In this document: piece by piece, positions 55,655 to 64,000 of the stretch
Position numbering within the stretch: position 1 is the stretch's first letter
Layout of the letters: each line of letters opens with the position of its first letter
Program-made: the position numbers and the translations under genes
The notes under the pieces: model-generated
The model's input: only the letters and a program-made list of their open reading frames with translations
Databases searched by the model: none
What the model was told of the DNA's origin: nothing
IMG/VR virus record: IMGVR_UViG_3300023178_000017
Span: 1-64,000 of that record
Source of the DNA: a virus
Strand: one strand, 5' to 3'
Length of the DNA: 64,000 nucleotides

Positions 55655-58600
55655 CTAAGACCAGAAATTATTGGTACTTGAGATGTGTTTGTAGCCTGTC
55701 CTACAATCTTAATTATAAAACCTGTAAATTCAGGTAAGTTGTCTGCTGTGTATTCGTATTCTTTAAAGTTTCTAGCGTCTTGATCAATAGCTGTGTCAGG
55801 ACCACCAGTTGAGTTAAAGAATTCAAATCCTAAATCATCTACTGGTGTATCTTCATCGTTTTTGATGAGTTTGTATAAAACTTTAATGTCTGAGTTAGGT
55901 GGTCTAAAGTTATCTGATAAAACTTTCAATGATGTAGCAGGATTCTTTAAACTTACCAATCTTGTTGTGTATACCATTGCGTTGTTATCGCCATCTGGTT
56001 CTGTTGATGGTACGTAAACTTCACCATCTGATAGATCGGCAGCAGAATCAATATCATTAATTCTGTTCATAATACCTAGACAACCAATTGTACCTGTATC
56101 AATGTAAGGTGATACGTTTGGATTTGATGATCTCATTTGTAGTAATAATCTAAATGATCTCTGGTTACCCATTCTCTCTAATTCGTTGAGGGGTGATGCA
56201 ACAACACTTGGTCTACTGAAGTAAACGTTATCGTTTAATTTAATAAAGTCATTTGCAGTTCTTCTTACATATTCAGTATCTAAGTTTGAATCTTCTGGTG
56301 AACCCATACCTGTTCTATTAATACTTGAGAATATTTGAGTATTATTAAATGTTATAGAAGGTATCATTGTATGAATTGCATCATAATAGATGTTTCTTGT
56401 ACTTCTAACTTGACTACCACCGCCATCTACACTTTGAGTTGCAACAAAACTTGTGCCGCCTTCTAAGTCATAAGATGACATTACAGATGTTCTAGGTAGA
56501 ACATTAAATGAGTCTATACTATAATCTTGTAGACTCTCGTGTGTACCGTTAATAGCTGCAACTGGAATACCACCCAATGTGTTTTCAACATTGGTGACAC
56601 TTACTGTAAATGTTTGACTGTCGATTGTGACTGTAATAGTGTCGTTCACTGCGTAGTCACTACCTGGATCAGTAATCTTAATTGAGTTTACTGCATCTAA
56701 ATCTCCAGCGTCTACAACTACTTTGACTTTAAGACCTGTACCTGTACCACCTGTTACAACAGCATCATTACTTCCACCAGTCTCGTATGTCTGTGCTGTT
56801 ACGGCAGCACTAATAGCACTTGGTGTGCCAATCTCTACTACGCCATCTTCTTTATCGCCTTTCACGCCTGCTATTGTTACGTGTGAAGTTGTTTCGTACA
56901 TACCGTGTGAGTAGTTTAATATCTTAACATAACTTTGACCAGCAAATGTTTGAACTGGATTCTCTTGTAGTTTTACATCTCCGATAAAATCGTTTTCAAA
57001 CACAACTTCTGCAACTTTTGAGGTATCGAATTGTGCAATCTTAAGATTGAACTTGAGATCGTCTGTTTGTTCTGCTGTCCATGTTGATGCGTTTTGTGAT
57101 AAGAACAATGAACCAGCATATGGTTGTCCTGAAATTGTTTCACCAGTAATTAAATCGTTTTCGCCCATTCTGGATATGAAACATTCGTATTCGTTTGAGT
57201 TTGATAAAACTACGAAACAGTATTCTTTACCTTTCTCTAGGTATACAGGCGAATCAAATGTAAATGTTGTAGCACTTGAACCGTCTTCTGAAATATTAAC
57301 TTCGTTTGGATTCTTAGATACTGTTGAGAATGGTAATACTAACTGACCTGGATAACCATTCACCATGTTTCTAACTTGTACTGACACTGGTAGTGCATCG
57401 TCTTTAGTTCTAAAGAATAGATCAACTGAAGACAACATCATGCCACCATCCATATCTACTAAGAATGATTCTGCTAATGGATCGACCCACTCTGTCTCAC
57501 GCAATTCTCTCTCATCGAATATTCTAGGAATTCTAGGATCAACGTCCCAAAAATCTCTAGGGTCATCAATAGGCGGTGGTGACGGTATCGGCGTACTTGT
57601 TGGTGTCGGCGTTGGTGTCGGTGTCGGTGTAGGCGACGGTGTAGGCGCAGGAGTTGTTGTCGGCGCTGGCGTCGGCGTAGGTGTCGGTGTAGGACTTGGT
57701 GTAGGCTCTGGAGTCGGTGTTGGACTCGGTATAGGTGCCTCAGTAGGTTCTGGTGTAGGTGTAGGTGCTGGAGTTGCAGGTGGTTCTGGACTTGGCTCAG
57801 GTGGTGTACCTGTACCAGGTGTTACGTTTAATAACTCACCTCTTCTTACTATTTGTCTCTCAGCAGATAGCCTTTCAATAACTACTCTACCATTCCTTGT
57901 TGATACAATTTCAGTTTGTGAAGCTTGTAATAAACCTTGTGCTTGATAGATTGCATTACCTCGTGATGCTGGGTTAGAAAGGTTATTTGAACTTGATGTA
58001 ATAACCATTTCTCTAGCACCAGTTGGGAATCTCTGGAATCTATCGTTAGGTAAACTGAATGTTGCTCTTAATCTACCGTTACCATCTGTTTTTACTATTT
58101 GATCGTATGATGTACCACCATCTTTACTGTACAGTGTACTGAATGGTTTTACATATGAGTTTACATCGATACCATCAAAGAATACGTAATGGTTTGTGTT
58201 TGGTTTTAAGTTAACTGCATCTATTTCAATGTCTCTTGGTCTACAGAATGGTACAATTGTGACACTAACAATTCTATCGTTACGTGTTTCAACTAACTCT
58301 TCTACAACCGATGTTCTAACACCTGTTCTGATCTGAGACTCAGGTGTTTCTGTTACATTTCTTGTAACAGTAGTATTAGGTGTATATTCACCACCTTGTG
58401 AAGGATCACCGTTCCAAGCTGCTGGAACACTTGATAATGTCTCTGTCTCTACAACTGTAGGTTCACCTACCCATGTAGTCTGCCATGCGTTCCAAACAGT
58501 GCCTAATGCGTTTTCGTTCTCTGCTAATATTGCATCGAAGTTGCCTTCTCTGTTAACTCTTACTTCTGGTAATTGTTCTGTGTCTTGCCAGATGTCTGTC

Positions 58601-61600
58601 TCTGGACTTAGTTTAACGTGACCAATAAATGCAAACACAGCGTATGGGTTAACATTTAATGACCTAGATGCCTTATTTTGATTAACAAATGATCTTTCTG
58701 TATATGGTAATGTGATAATATCACCAGACTTCTTATAGTTACGTGACAATGCTGAGTTAGCAATGATATCAAAGAACTGAGTATGGTGTTTAGGTCTTAA
58801 TTGACCTAGTTTTGTATCGATAGCACATTCATAGTCTGGATGTGAAACATCACCAATCTTATGACCTCTAAAGTTATCTACTAAGAAGCCTGATTTATAT
58901 CTGTCAAATCCGTCTGCATCTAAAATTTGTTTTGATTGTGTATCTTTTTCTAATAAAGATAGTGCTGTAATTCTTTCAATGTTTGTAAGTCTTTGGTTTA
59001 TTCTACCAATATCTTTCATCGTATATCTACGATGATCAAATTGTTTTAAATTGATTTCTTTTAAGTTTGATGTGTAAGCAGGTATGAACAATTCGAACAT
59101 TTCAATTGCATCATCTAACTGATTTGGTTTTTGAGGACTAATATCAGGATAACCAATAGAAACTTCAAACTTACCATTTCTAGTTAAGAATACTTTATCA
59201 ATTCTAGGTACATAGAAATCTATATCTGCTGTCACTGAAGATGTAGGCATTGGACATGAAATTGTTCCATTGTCGACATCGTTAAACACCCTTGATGTGT
59301 ATACAAATGGTGCAGCTGTTACTTTTGTATTATCTGATAAGTTTAATGGATCGTTCTGATCATAAGCATTTGTATCATCATCTTGGAAATTAGTGCCAGG
59401 TAAAAAGTCTGTTGATGGTCTAAAGTCTACTGCATCTGATAATTCGAACTTACCGTCTGGTTCAAAACCACCTAAGTCTACTTTATTTGGTGAGTAATTT
59501 GGTATATCTTTGTACTCAACATCAGCACTGTTATAAGAATTTACTGAGTAGTAATCTCCTGTACCACCTCTACTAAACATGTCAAAGATAACAGTCACAG
59601 GATTGTTAGGTGCTGATCTACCTTGTTTTAAAACTAGTTTTGAGAAGTCATAATAACCATCTCTTTGGCCATTGTCTAAGAAATAGTTGTTCTTAATGTT
59701 TGGTGAACCTGCACTTAAGTTTGATAGTACAGCGATACCTGAACTTGTTTGGCCAACAATTGTCTCACCGTCAATGAAAGGTATATCATTTAAGTATACA
59801 AAGTATGATGTGTTTGTATCACCACCCCAATTGATCAATAATGCTCTTGCTGTTGATGATTGACCTACAATCTCTTCTTTTAATGCAAAAGAACCTGAAC
59901 TTATTGTTACAGTTGCGTTTGGTGGTGTTGCCTGACTATTTGAACCTGAAGTTGTGCCTGGAACTGCCTCTAAAACTGCATGTATTTTATAGACATCTGG
60001 TACACATAGATTCAATTCTTTGTGATCGTATGCAAGACCATAGAAAGGTTTATCACTATTAGATGATCTAAATGAAACTGATCTGAATTTTTCTAAAGCT
60101 TTTGACTTTACAGCAGGTGCTGTTCTCTTAACAGTATAAGTTGCTAATATTTGAGCACCTGATCCTGAATCACTGAATGTAACATCTAATGAAGTACCTG
60201 GTGTACCAAAAGTTACATCGTCTGCGACTAACACGTCACCTAATGCTACGACATCACCAGTTCCGTTTAGTGATAATTTAGTAAATTGATATTTGTCATC
60301 ACCAAAGTCTGAGAATGTTTCGTCTGACTCTTTTGTCAAAGTGATTGTACCATTTGACATTGAGAACAGTCCTTGTTTTCTGACTTCTACTGTTCCTGTT
60401 GGTGTTACATCTGAAACGTAATCTCTAGGCCATGCAAATATATTTGATGTCTGATCTTGGTCTGCAAGTTTTGCTCTTTTTCTGATAACTGCTACTTGTG
60501 TTGCCGCTGAAGGTGTCACTGCACCACCAGCTGTTGTAACTACATTTAACGATGTATCGTTAGTAACAACTGAAACTCTATGTTCTGTACCATTAACAAC
60601 GATATGATCACCAACTTTTACTTCTTTAGTAAACTGTGAACCAACACCTTGTAATTCATTTGTTGAGCCATTAAATGTACCTAAACCAGATATTACTGAT
60701 ATATCATCTAATACTACATCGGCACTAAAGTCTAGTCCTACGCTAGCAGGTGAAACTTGACCGACTGAGTGAGATTGACTTACATTAAAGACCTGAACAC
60801 TAGTTGATGCTACTGCTGATGCAGTTCCCTTACCTCTAACTGATACATTATTACCTGATACAAATTGTCCTACTACATCATGTAGATAAATGTTATTACT
60901 ATCGACATATGCAACAATACCTGTTGCGCCTGTAATATCGTCTGTTAGTTTATCACCGTTAGCATATAATGTTGAGGTTGCTGTTGTAACTCCAACTTTA
61001 GTAAACATTTTAATATCAAATAGATATAATTGATATTCATCTGTAGCTGACTCATCAAAATGTCTAACTCTTGCAAAACCAATATTCTCTGCACTACCAC
61101 TTAATGCTGATGCAGAAGATTTAGGTAGACTGTAAAGTTTGATTGGTTCGAAAGCATTTGTTGAAGCTGAATCACCAATTTCTGGCATTCCATAAATGTT
61201 GTTGATTTTTAATTTATTACCTATTCTAACTGGTGTTGATGCGTTAGATAGTTCTGCTGTTGTTCTTGCTTTATTAATTGTTAGGTTTGATGTACCTGCT
61301 TTTTCAATTTCGTATCCTCTAACATAAGCTTTACCAGCAGATATCTGCATGATAAACTTCTCTTCTTGTCCGCCTTCTGCTATTGGATAAAACCCTTTGT
61401 TATCTGAAGTTTTTAAATGTTCTCTGAAATTACTAGTAAATGGTCTTACAACAAAATCGCCATTGGCATCAAAGGTTCTTCGTGCCATAGTATTTTCTAT
61501 TTCAGAATAGATTGGTCTATTGATTGATAGTTCAATGATACCATTGTTAACTCTTGCTAATTCAATGAAGTTAACACTTGTAGTATCTGTTAGTGCTACT

Positions 61601-62403
61601 TTAGATAATGTAAGATCAAATTTTAATCTATCGGCACCAGGCGCATTATCGTTTGATGAGCCTTGTGCATTGTCTAAGAGACTATTATCTTCTGTTGATG
61701 ATATGATAGTTTCATTGATAGAAAGACCAACTCTATATGAAGGATTACCTGCATATTTTTCTAATACGATAAGTTGTTTGTCTACCTTTACAAAGAAACC
61801 TCTTGTAAAAACTACACCTTCTGAAATTTCTGCAATTGAAGCACGACCAGTTGGTGTTGATGATTGTGATAATGTTTTAAAGTAGTTGTTGTTTGTTGCT
61901 ACAGCAGAAGTTGATCCAAAACCGTCAGCTGAGAATTCTACTTCTCTTATTTCTTCTGAACCTTTGAATATAAAAGAACCATCGCTGTCTGTACCTTGTG
62001 ATAATGCTTTTACAAATAGTGTTATAGAATCATCTTCAGTTTCAGCAGTTGATGAAATAACTTTTGCTACTACACCTGTTGTTAAACCTTGAATGAGTTT
62101 GCCGTGAAAACTAGTTCTATAAGATTCTACGTTTAGATCGCCGTTTGCATTTGGATTTGAATTTTGTACTTTGACAAAATAGATGTCCATGTCAATGTTT
62201 GACTGAGCACCTGAAACAATAGAACCTTCTTTAAAGAAATGATCACCAAATTTCTCTACCTGATCTTGTAGAATAGATTGAGTTTGAGTTAACTCTCTCG
62301 CTTGAATTGGTCGACCAGCACGATACAGAACTTTATGAAATTTCTTGTCTGCATCGTAATCATCGTAATATGGTGTAATATTTAGATCCGTTTTCTCTGA
62401 CAT
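55636..62403 (-). CDS. VrlC-like (DUF4815-type) large baseplate/virion protein
   Basis: [10 protein letters not shown]...[51 protein letters not shown]; internal Pro/Thr-rich linker. Confidence 0.85.
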   Translation of the reverse strand: MSEKTDLNITPYYDDYDADKKFHKVLYRAGRPIQARELTQTQSILQDQVEKFGDHFFKEGSIVSGAQSNIDMDIYFVKVQNSNPNANGDLNVESYRTSFHGKLIQGLTTGVVAKVISSTAETEDDSITLFVKALSQGTDSDGSFIFKGSEEIREVEFSADGFGSTSAVATNNNYFKTLSQSSTPTGRASIAEISEGVVFTRGFFVKVDKQLIVLEKYAGNPSYRVGLSINETIISSTEDNSLLDNAQGSSNDNAPGADRLKFDLTLSKVALTDTTSVNFIELARVNNGIIELSINRPIYSEIENTMARRTFDANGDFVVRPFTSNFREHLKTSDNKGFYPIAEGGQEEKFIMQISAGKAYVRGYEIEKAGTSNLTINKARTTAELSNASTPVRIGNKLKINNIYGMPEIGDSASTNAFEPIKLYSLPKSSASALSGSAENIGFARVRHFDESATDEYQLYLFDIKMFTKVGVTTATSTLYANGDKLTDDITGATGIVAYVDSNNIYLHDVVGQFVSGNNVSVRGKGTASAVASTSVQVFNVSQSHSVGQVSPASVGLDFSADVVLDDISVISGLGTFNGSTNELQGVGSQFTKEVKVGDHIVVNGTEHRVSVVTNDTSLNVVTTAGGAVTPSAATQVAVIRKRAKLADQDQTSNIFAWPRDYVSDVTPTGTVEVRKQGLFSMSNGTITLTKESDETFSDFGDDKYQFTKLSLNGTGDVVALGDVLVADDVTFGTPGTSLDVTFSDSGSGAQILATYTVKRTAPAVKSKALEKFRSVSFRSSNSDKPFYGLAYDHKELNLCVPDVYKIHAVLEAVPGTTSGSNSQATPPNATVTISSGSFALKEEIVGQSSTARALLINWGGDTNTSYFVYLNDIPFIDGETIVGQTSSGIAVLSNLSAGSPNIKNNYFLDNGQRDGYYDFSKLVLKQGRSAPNNPVTVIFDMFSRGGTGDYYSVNSYNSADVEYKDIPNYSPNKVDLGGFEPDGKFELSDAVDFRPSTDFLPGTNFQDDDTNAYDQNDPLNLSDNTKVTAAPFVYTSRVFNDVDNGTISCPMPTSSVTADIDFYVPRIDKVFLTRNGKFEVSIGYPDISPQKPNQLDDAIEMFELFIPAYTSNLKEINLKQFDHRRYTMKDIGRINQRLTNIERITALSLLEKDTQSKQILDADGFDRYKSGFLVDNFRGHKIGDVSHPDYECAIDTKLGQLRPKHHTQFFDIIANSALSRNYKKSGDIITLPYTERSFVNQNKASRSLNVNPYAVFAFIGHVKLSPETDIWQDTEQLPEVRVNREGNFDAILAENENALGTVWNAWQTTWVGEPTVVETETLSSVPAAWNGDPSQGGEYTPNTTVTRNVTETPESQIRTGVRTSVVEELVETRNDRIVSVTIVPFCRPRDIEIDAVNLKPNTNHYVFFDGIDVNSYVKPFSTLYSKDGGTSYDQIVKTDGNGRLRATFSLPNDRFQRFPTGAREMVITSSSNNLSNPASRGNAIYQAQGLLQASQTEIVSTRNGRVVIERLSAERQIVRRGELLNVTPGTGTPPEPSPEPPATPAPTPTPEPTEAPIPSPTPTPEPTPSPTPTPTPTPAPTTTPAPTPSPTPTPTPTPTPTSTPIPSPPPIDDPRDFWDVDPRIPRIFDERELRETEWVDPLAESFLVDMDGGMMLSSVDLFFRTKDDALPVSVQVRNMVNGYPGQLVLPFSTVSKNPNEVNISEDGSSATTFTFDSPVYLEKGKEYCFVVLSNSNEYECFISRMGENDLITGETISGQPYAGSLFLSQNASTWTAEQTDDLKFNLKIAQFDTSKVAEVVFENDFIGDVKLQENPVQTFAGQSYVKILNYSHGMYETTSHVTIAGVKGDKEDGVVEIGTPSAISAAVTAQTYETGGSNDAVVTGGTGTGLKVKVVVDAGDLDAVNSIKITDPGSDYAVNDTITVTIDSQTFTVSVTNVENTLGGIPVAAINGTHESLQDYSIDSFNVLPRTSVMSSYDLEGGTSFVATQSVDGGGSQVRSTRNIYYDAIHTMIPSITFNNTQIFSSINRTGMGSPEDSNLDTEYVRRTANDFIKLNDNVYFSRPSVVASPLNELERMGNQRSFRLLLQMRSSNPNVSPYIDTGTIGCLGIMNRINDIDSAADLSDGEVYVPSTEPDGDNNAMVYTTRLVSLKNPATSLKVLSDNFRPPNSDIKVLYKLIKNDEDTPVDDLGFEFFNSTGGPDTAIDQDARNFKEYEYTADNLPEFTGFIIKIVGQATNTSQVPIISGLRCIALA
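57571..57820 (-). repeat. Pro/Thr/Glu/Ser-rich (xP)n linker within the VrlC-like protein
   Basis: [33 protein letters not shown]...PIPSPPP. Confidence 0.9.
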
Positions 62404-62441
62404 AGTTTTAAATTTTATTTAATGTTGTTTAAAACAACTAA

Positions 62442-63965
62442 TTACATTTCAATGATCAGTTTGATATCTTCAATCTGATCGGCTGCCCTTGACACAGGAC
62501 CTCTATTCTCAACATAGAGAATATCACCAGTAAATCTTCTCATCTCTGGATGATCTGCATCTACACCAGCGGCATTCACTGAAGTTACAATTGAACCAGA
62601 AGCATTGATGTAAATATCATCATTGTTTTGGAACAATATAAACTCACCACCGCCATTTGCTATCGGTTGATAACTTATAATATTACCTGACTTAGATACA
62701 ACTCTACCAACTGCTGTTGATGCGTTGTTTGTTGTACTATCTGTTATAATATCATCTACTGATATACCTGAAGCACTACCAACTGTAATTCTATTTGTTA
62801 CAGTCATTGTTGATAGTGTTGAAATAGCACCGTCTGAGTCTTGTAAAGGATTTTTAATTAGACCAATTTGTCTAAAATCGTTGTCTGTTGGGAAATCACC
62901 TGAGCCTTCGCCAAACTCTAATCTTGAGTTTACTACTACGAAGTTACCGCCTAGTTCGTCAACTGGATTTGCACCATGACCACCAATTGGTGACATTACA
63001 ACGTGAACTTCTGCACCTGAACCTGATGCTATAGGTGTAGCAGCTGAGTCATCTACGATGTTTGCATCGATAGTATCTAATGATGCACGTCTGTAACCTG
63101 AACCGTATGATGATGAATCTTTAAAATATGCATCTACTAATTCACCTGAGTCAAATGATAATGTTACAACAGCACCTGAACCGTCACCTTGGACTGGAAT
63201 GTCACATGTGAATGTACTTGAACCTCCACTTGTCGCAGTATAACCTGAACCAGCAGATTTAACAATATATCTAAACACTGCACCGTCAACCGCATCGTTT
63301 TCTACATCCCATTGAGCAGAACCGTCATCGGTTGCTGATGAACCGAATCCACCGTTTGTACCGATACCAGCAATTCCTGATTTAGCACCGAGAGTCTTTA
63401 CAGGAATAAAATCGTTAGTTACAAATTTAATAACATCTGAGGCAGTAATTTGATACATAAATTTCCACATATATCCGTCTGAGGTAGTTTCAGGATCAGT
63501 GGTACTAACTGAAGTTGGTTGGTCTGTTGAATTAACAGGATTTACACCGCTATAAGGTGTTTTTAAACACTTATAGACTTTATATTCGTCTGTAATTATA
63601 TAACCCTTACCATCAAACCAGTTCACTATTGAACCGTCTGAACTTGAAGGTACTGCTGTACCTACACCGTAATCGTCTCTATACTCGTCATATACTGTAC
63701 CTGATGTCCAGTCATATCTTACAAGTCCGTGTGATACATCACCTGAAGAAACTTGTTTAAGAGCAATCATATTTGATTGTGCTCCTAATATTTCCTCTAC
63801 TGAATTGTTTGGACTTGGTGGGTTATTATCGTCAATTGATGAATCATCAGCATCTACCCATGCGTGTGATCTACCAATGAATATGTAATTTTTAGAATCG
63901 CTGAAATCTGCAACAAATTCTTTTGCATTGTGCGTTCTAAAATTCTCTAAAATTATTGCTGCCAT
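62442..63965 (-). CDS. gp8: Baseplate wedge subunit
   Basis: YIFIGRSHAW, RYDWTSGTVYD.Y, YKVYKCL, DGYMWKFMY, GGHG.NPV.ELG, NDFRQIGL, EDIKLIIEM. Confidence 0.9.
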   Translation of the reverse strand: MAAIILENFRTHNAKEFVADFSDSKNYIFIGRSHAWVDADDSSIDDNNPPSPNNSVEEILGAQSNMIALKQVSSGDVSHGLVRYDWTSGTVYDEYRDDYGVGTAVPSSSDGSIVNWFDGKGYIITDEYKVYKCLKTPYSGVNPVNSTDQPTSVSTTDPETTSDGYMWKFMYQITASDVIKFVTNDFIPVKTLGAKSGIAGIGTNGGFGSSATDDGSAQWDVENDAVDGAVFRYIVKSAGSGYTATSGGSSTFTCDIPVQGDGSGAVVTLSFDSGELVDAYFKDSSSYGSGYRRASLDTIDANIVDDSAATPIASGSGAEVHVVMSPIGGHGANPVDELGGNFVVVNSRLEFGEGSGDFPTDNDFRQIGLIKNPLQDSDGAISTLSTMTVTNRITVGSASGISVDDIITDSTTNNASTAVGRVVSKSGNIISYQPIANGGGEFILFQNNDDIYINASGSIVTSVNAAGVDADHPEMRRFTGDILYVENRGPVSRAADQIEDIKLIIEM

Positions 63966-64000
63966 TTTTTTGTAACTCCTCGGTTATTTATAAACTATTT

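Noticed and set aside
57365-57946. Plus-strand GV-repeat ORF
   Set aside because: Antisense shadow of the Pro-Thr linker.
1-64000. tRNA or rRNA genes; DNA polymerase gp43 after regA
   Set aside because: None recognised by eye. gp43 probably lies outside the window, so its absence here is not informative.

Overview
This window is a 64 kb segment of a T4-like myovirus genome, most similar in organisation to marine T4-like phages of streamlined proteobacteria. Almost all genes are on the minus strand. In transcription order (right to left) it holds: baseplate gp8 and a 2255 aa VrlC-like protein; a fibre and accessory virion region; a cassette of 2OG-Fe(II) oxygenases and a glycosyltransferase; the neck/terminase/tail/head core (gp13-gp23); uvsY, uvsW, gp55, gp47, gp46; def; a CobT/CobS-like pair; gp45, gp44, gp62, regA; and a curli-like locus (csgF, csgG, two curlin-like proteins, a FecR-domain protein). 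The curli locus sits back to back with a tandem glutamine (glnA-motif) riboswitch. The main observation is two adjacent gene pairs (40911-43828 and 50939-53534) encoding Pro-delimited repeat proteins. In each pair, one chain read N to C matches the other read C to N: 47 of 47 segments (334 aa each) and 33 of 33 segments (242 aa each). The same motif-to-motif pairing code and compensatory changes occur in both pairs. This suggests sequence-programmed antiparallel heterodimeric protein zipper fibres, one tipped with a self-processing Hint domain. All assignments come from motif recognition by eye; no searches were run.
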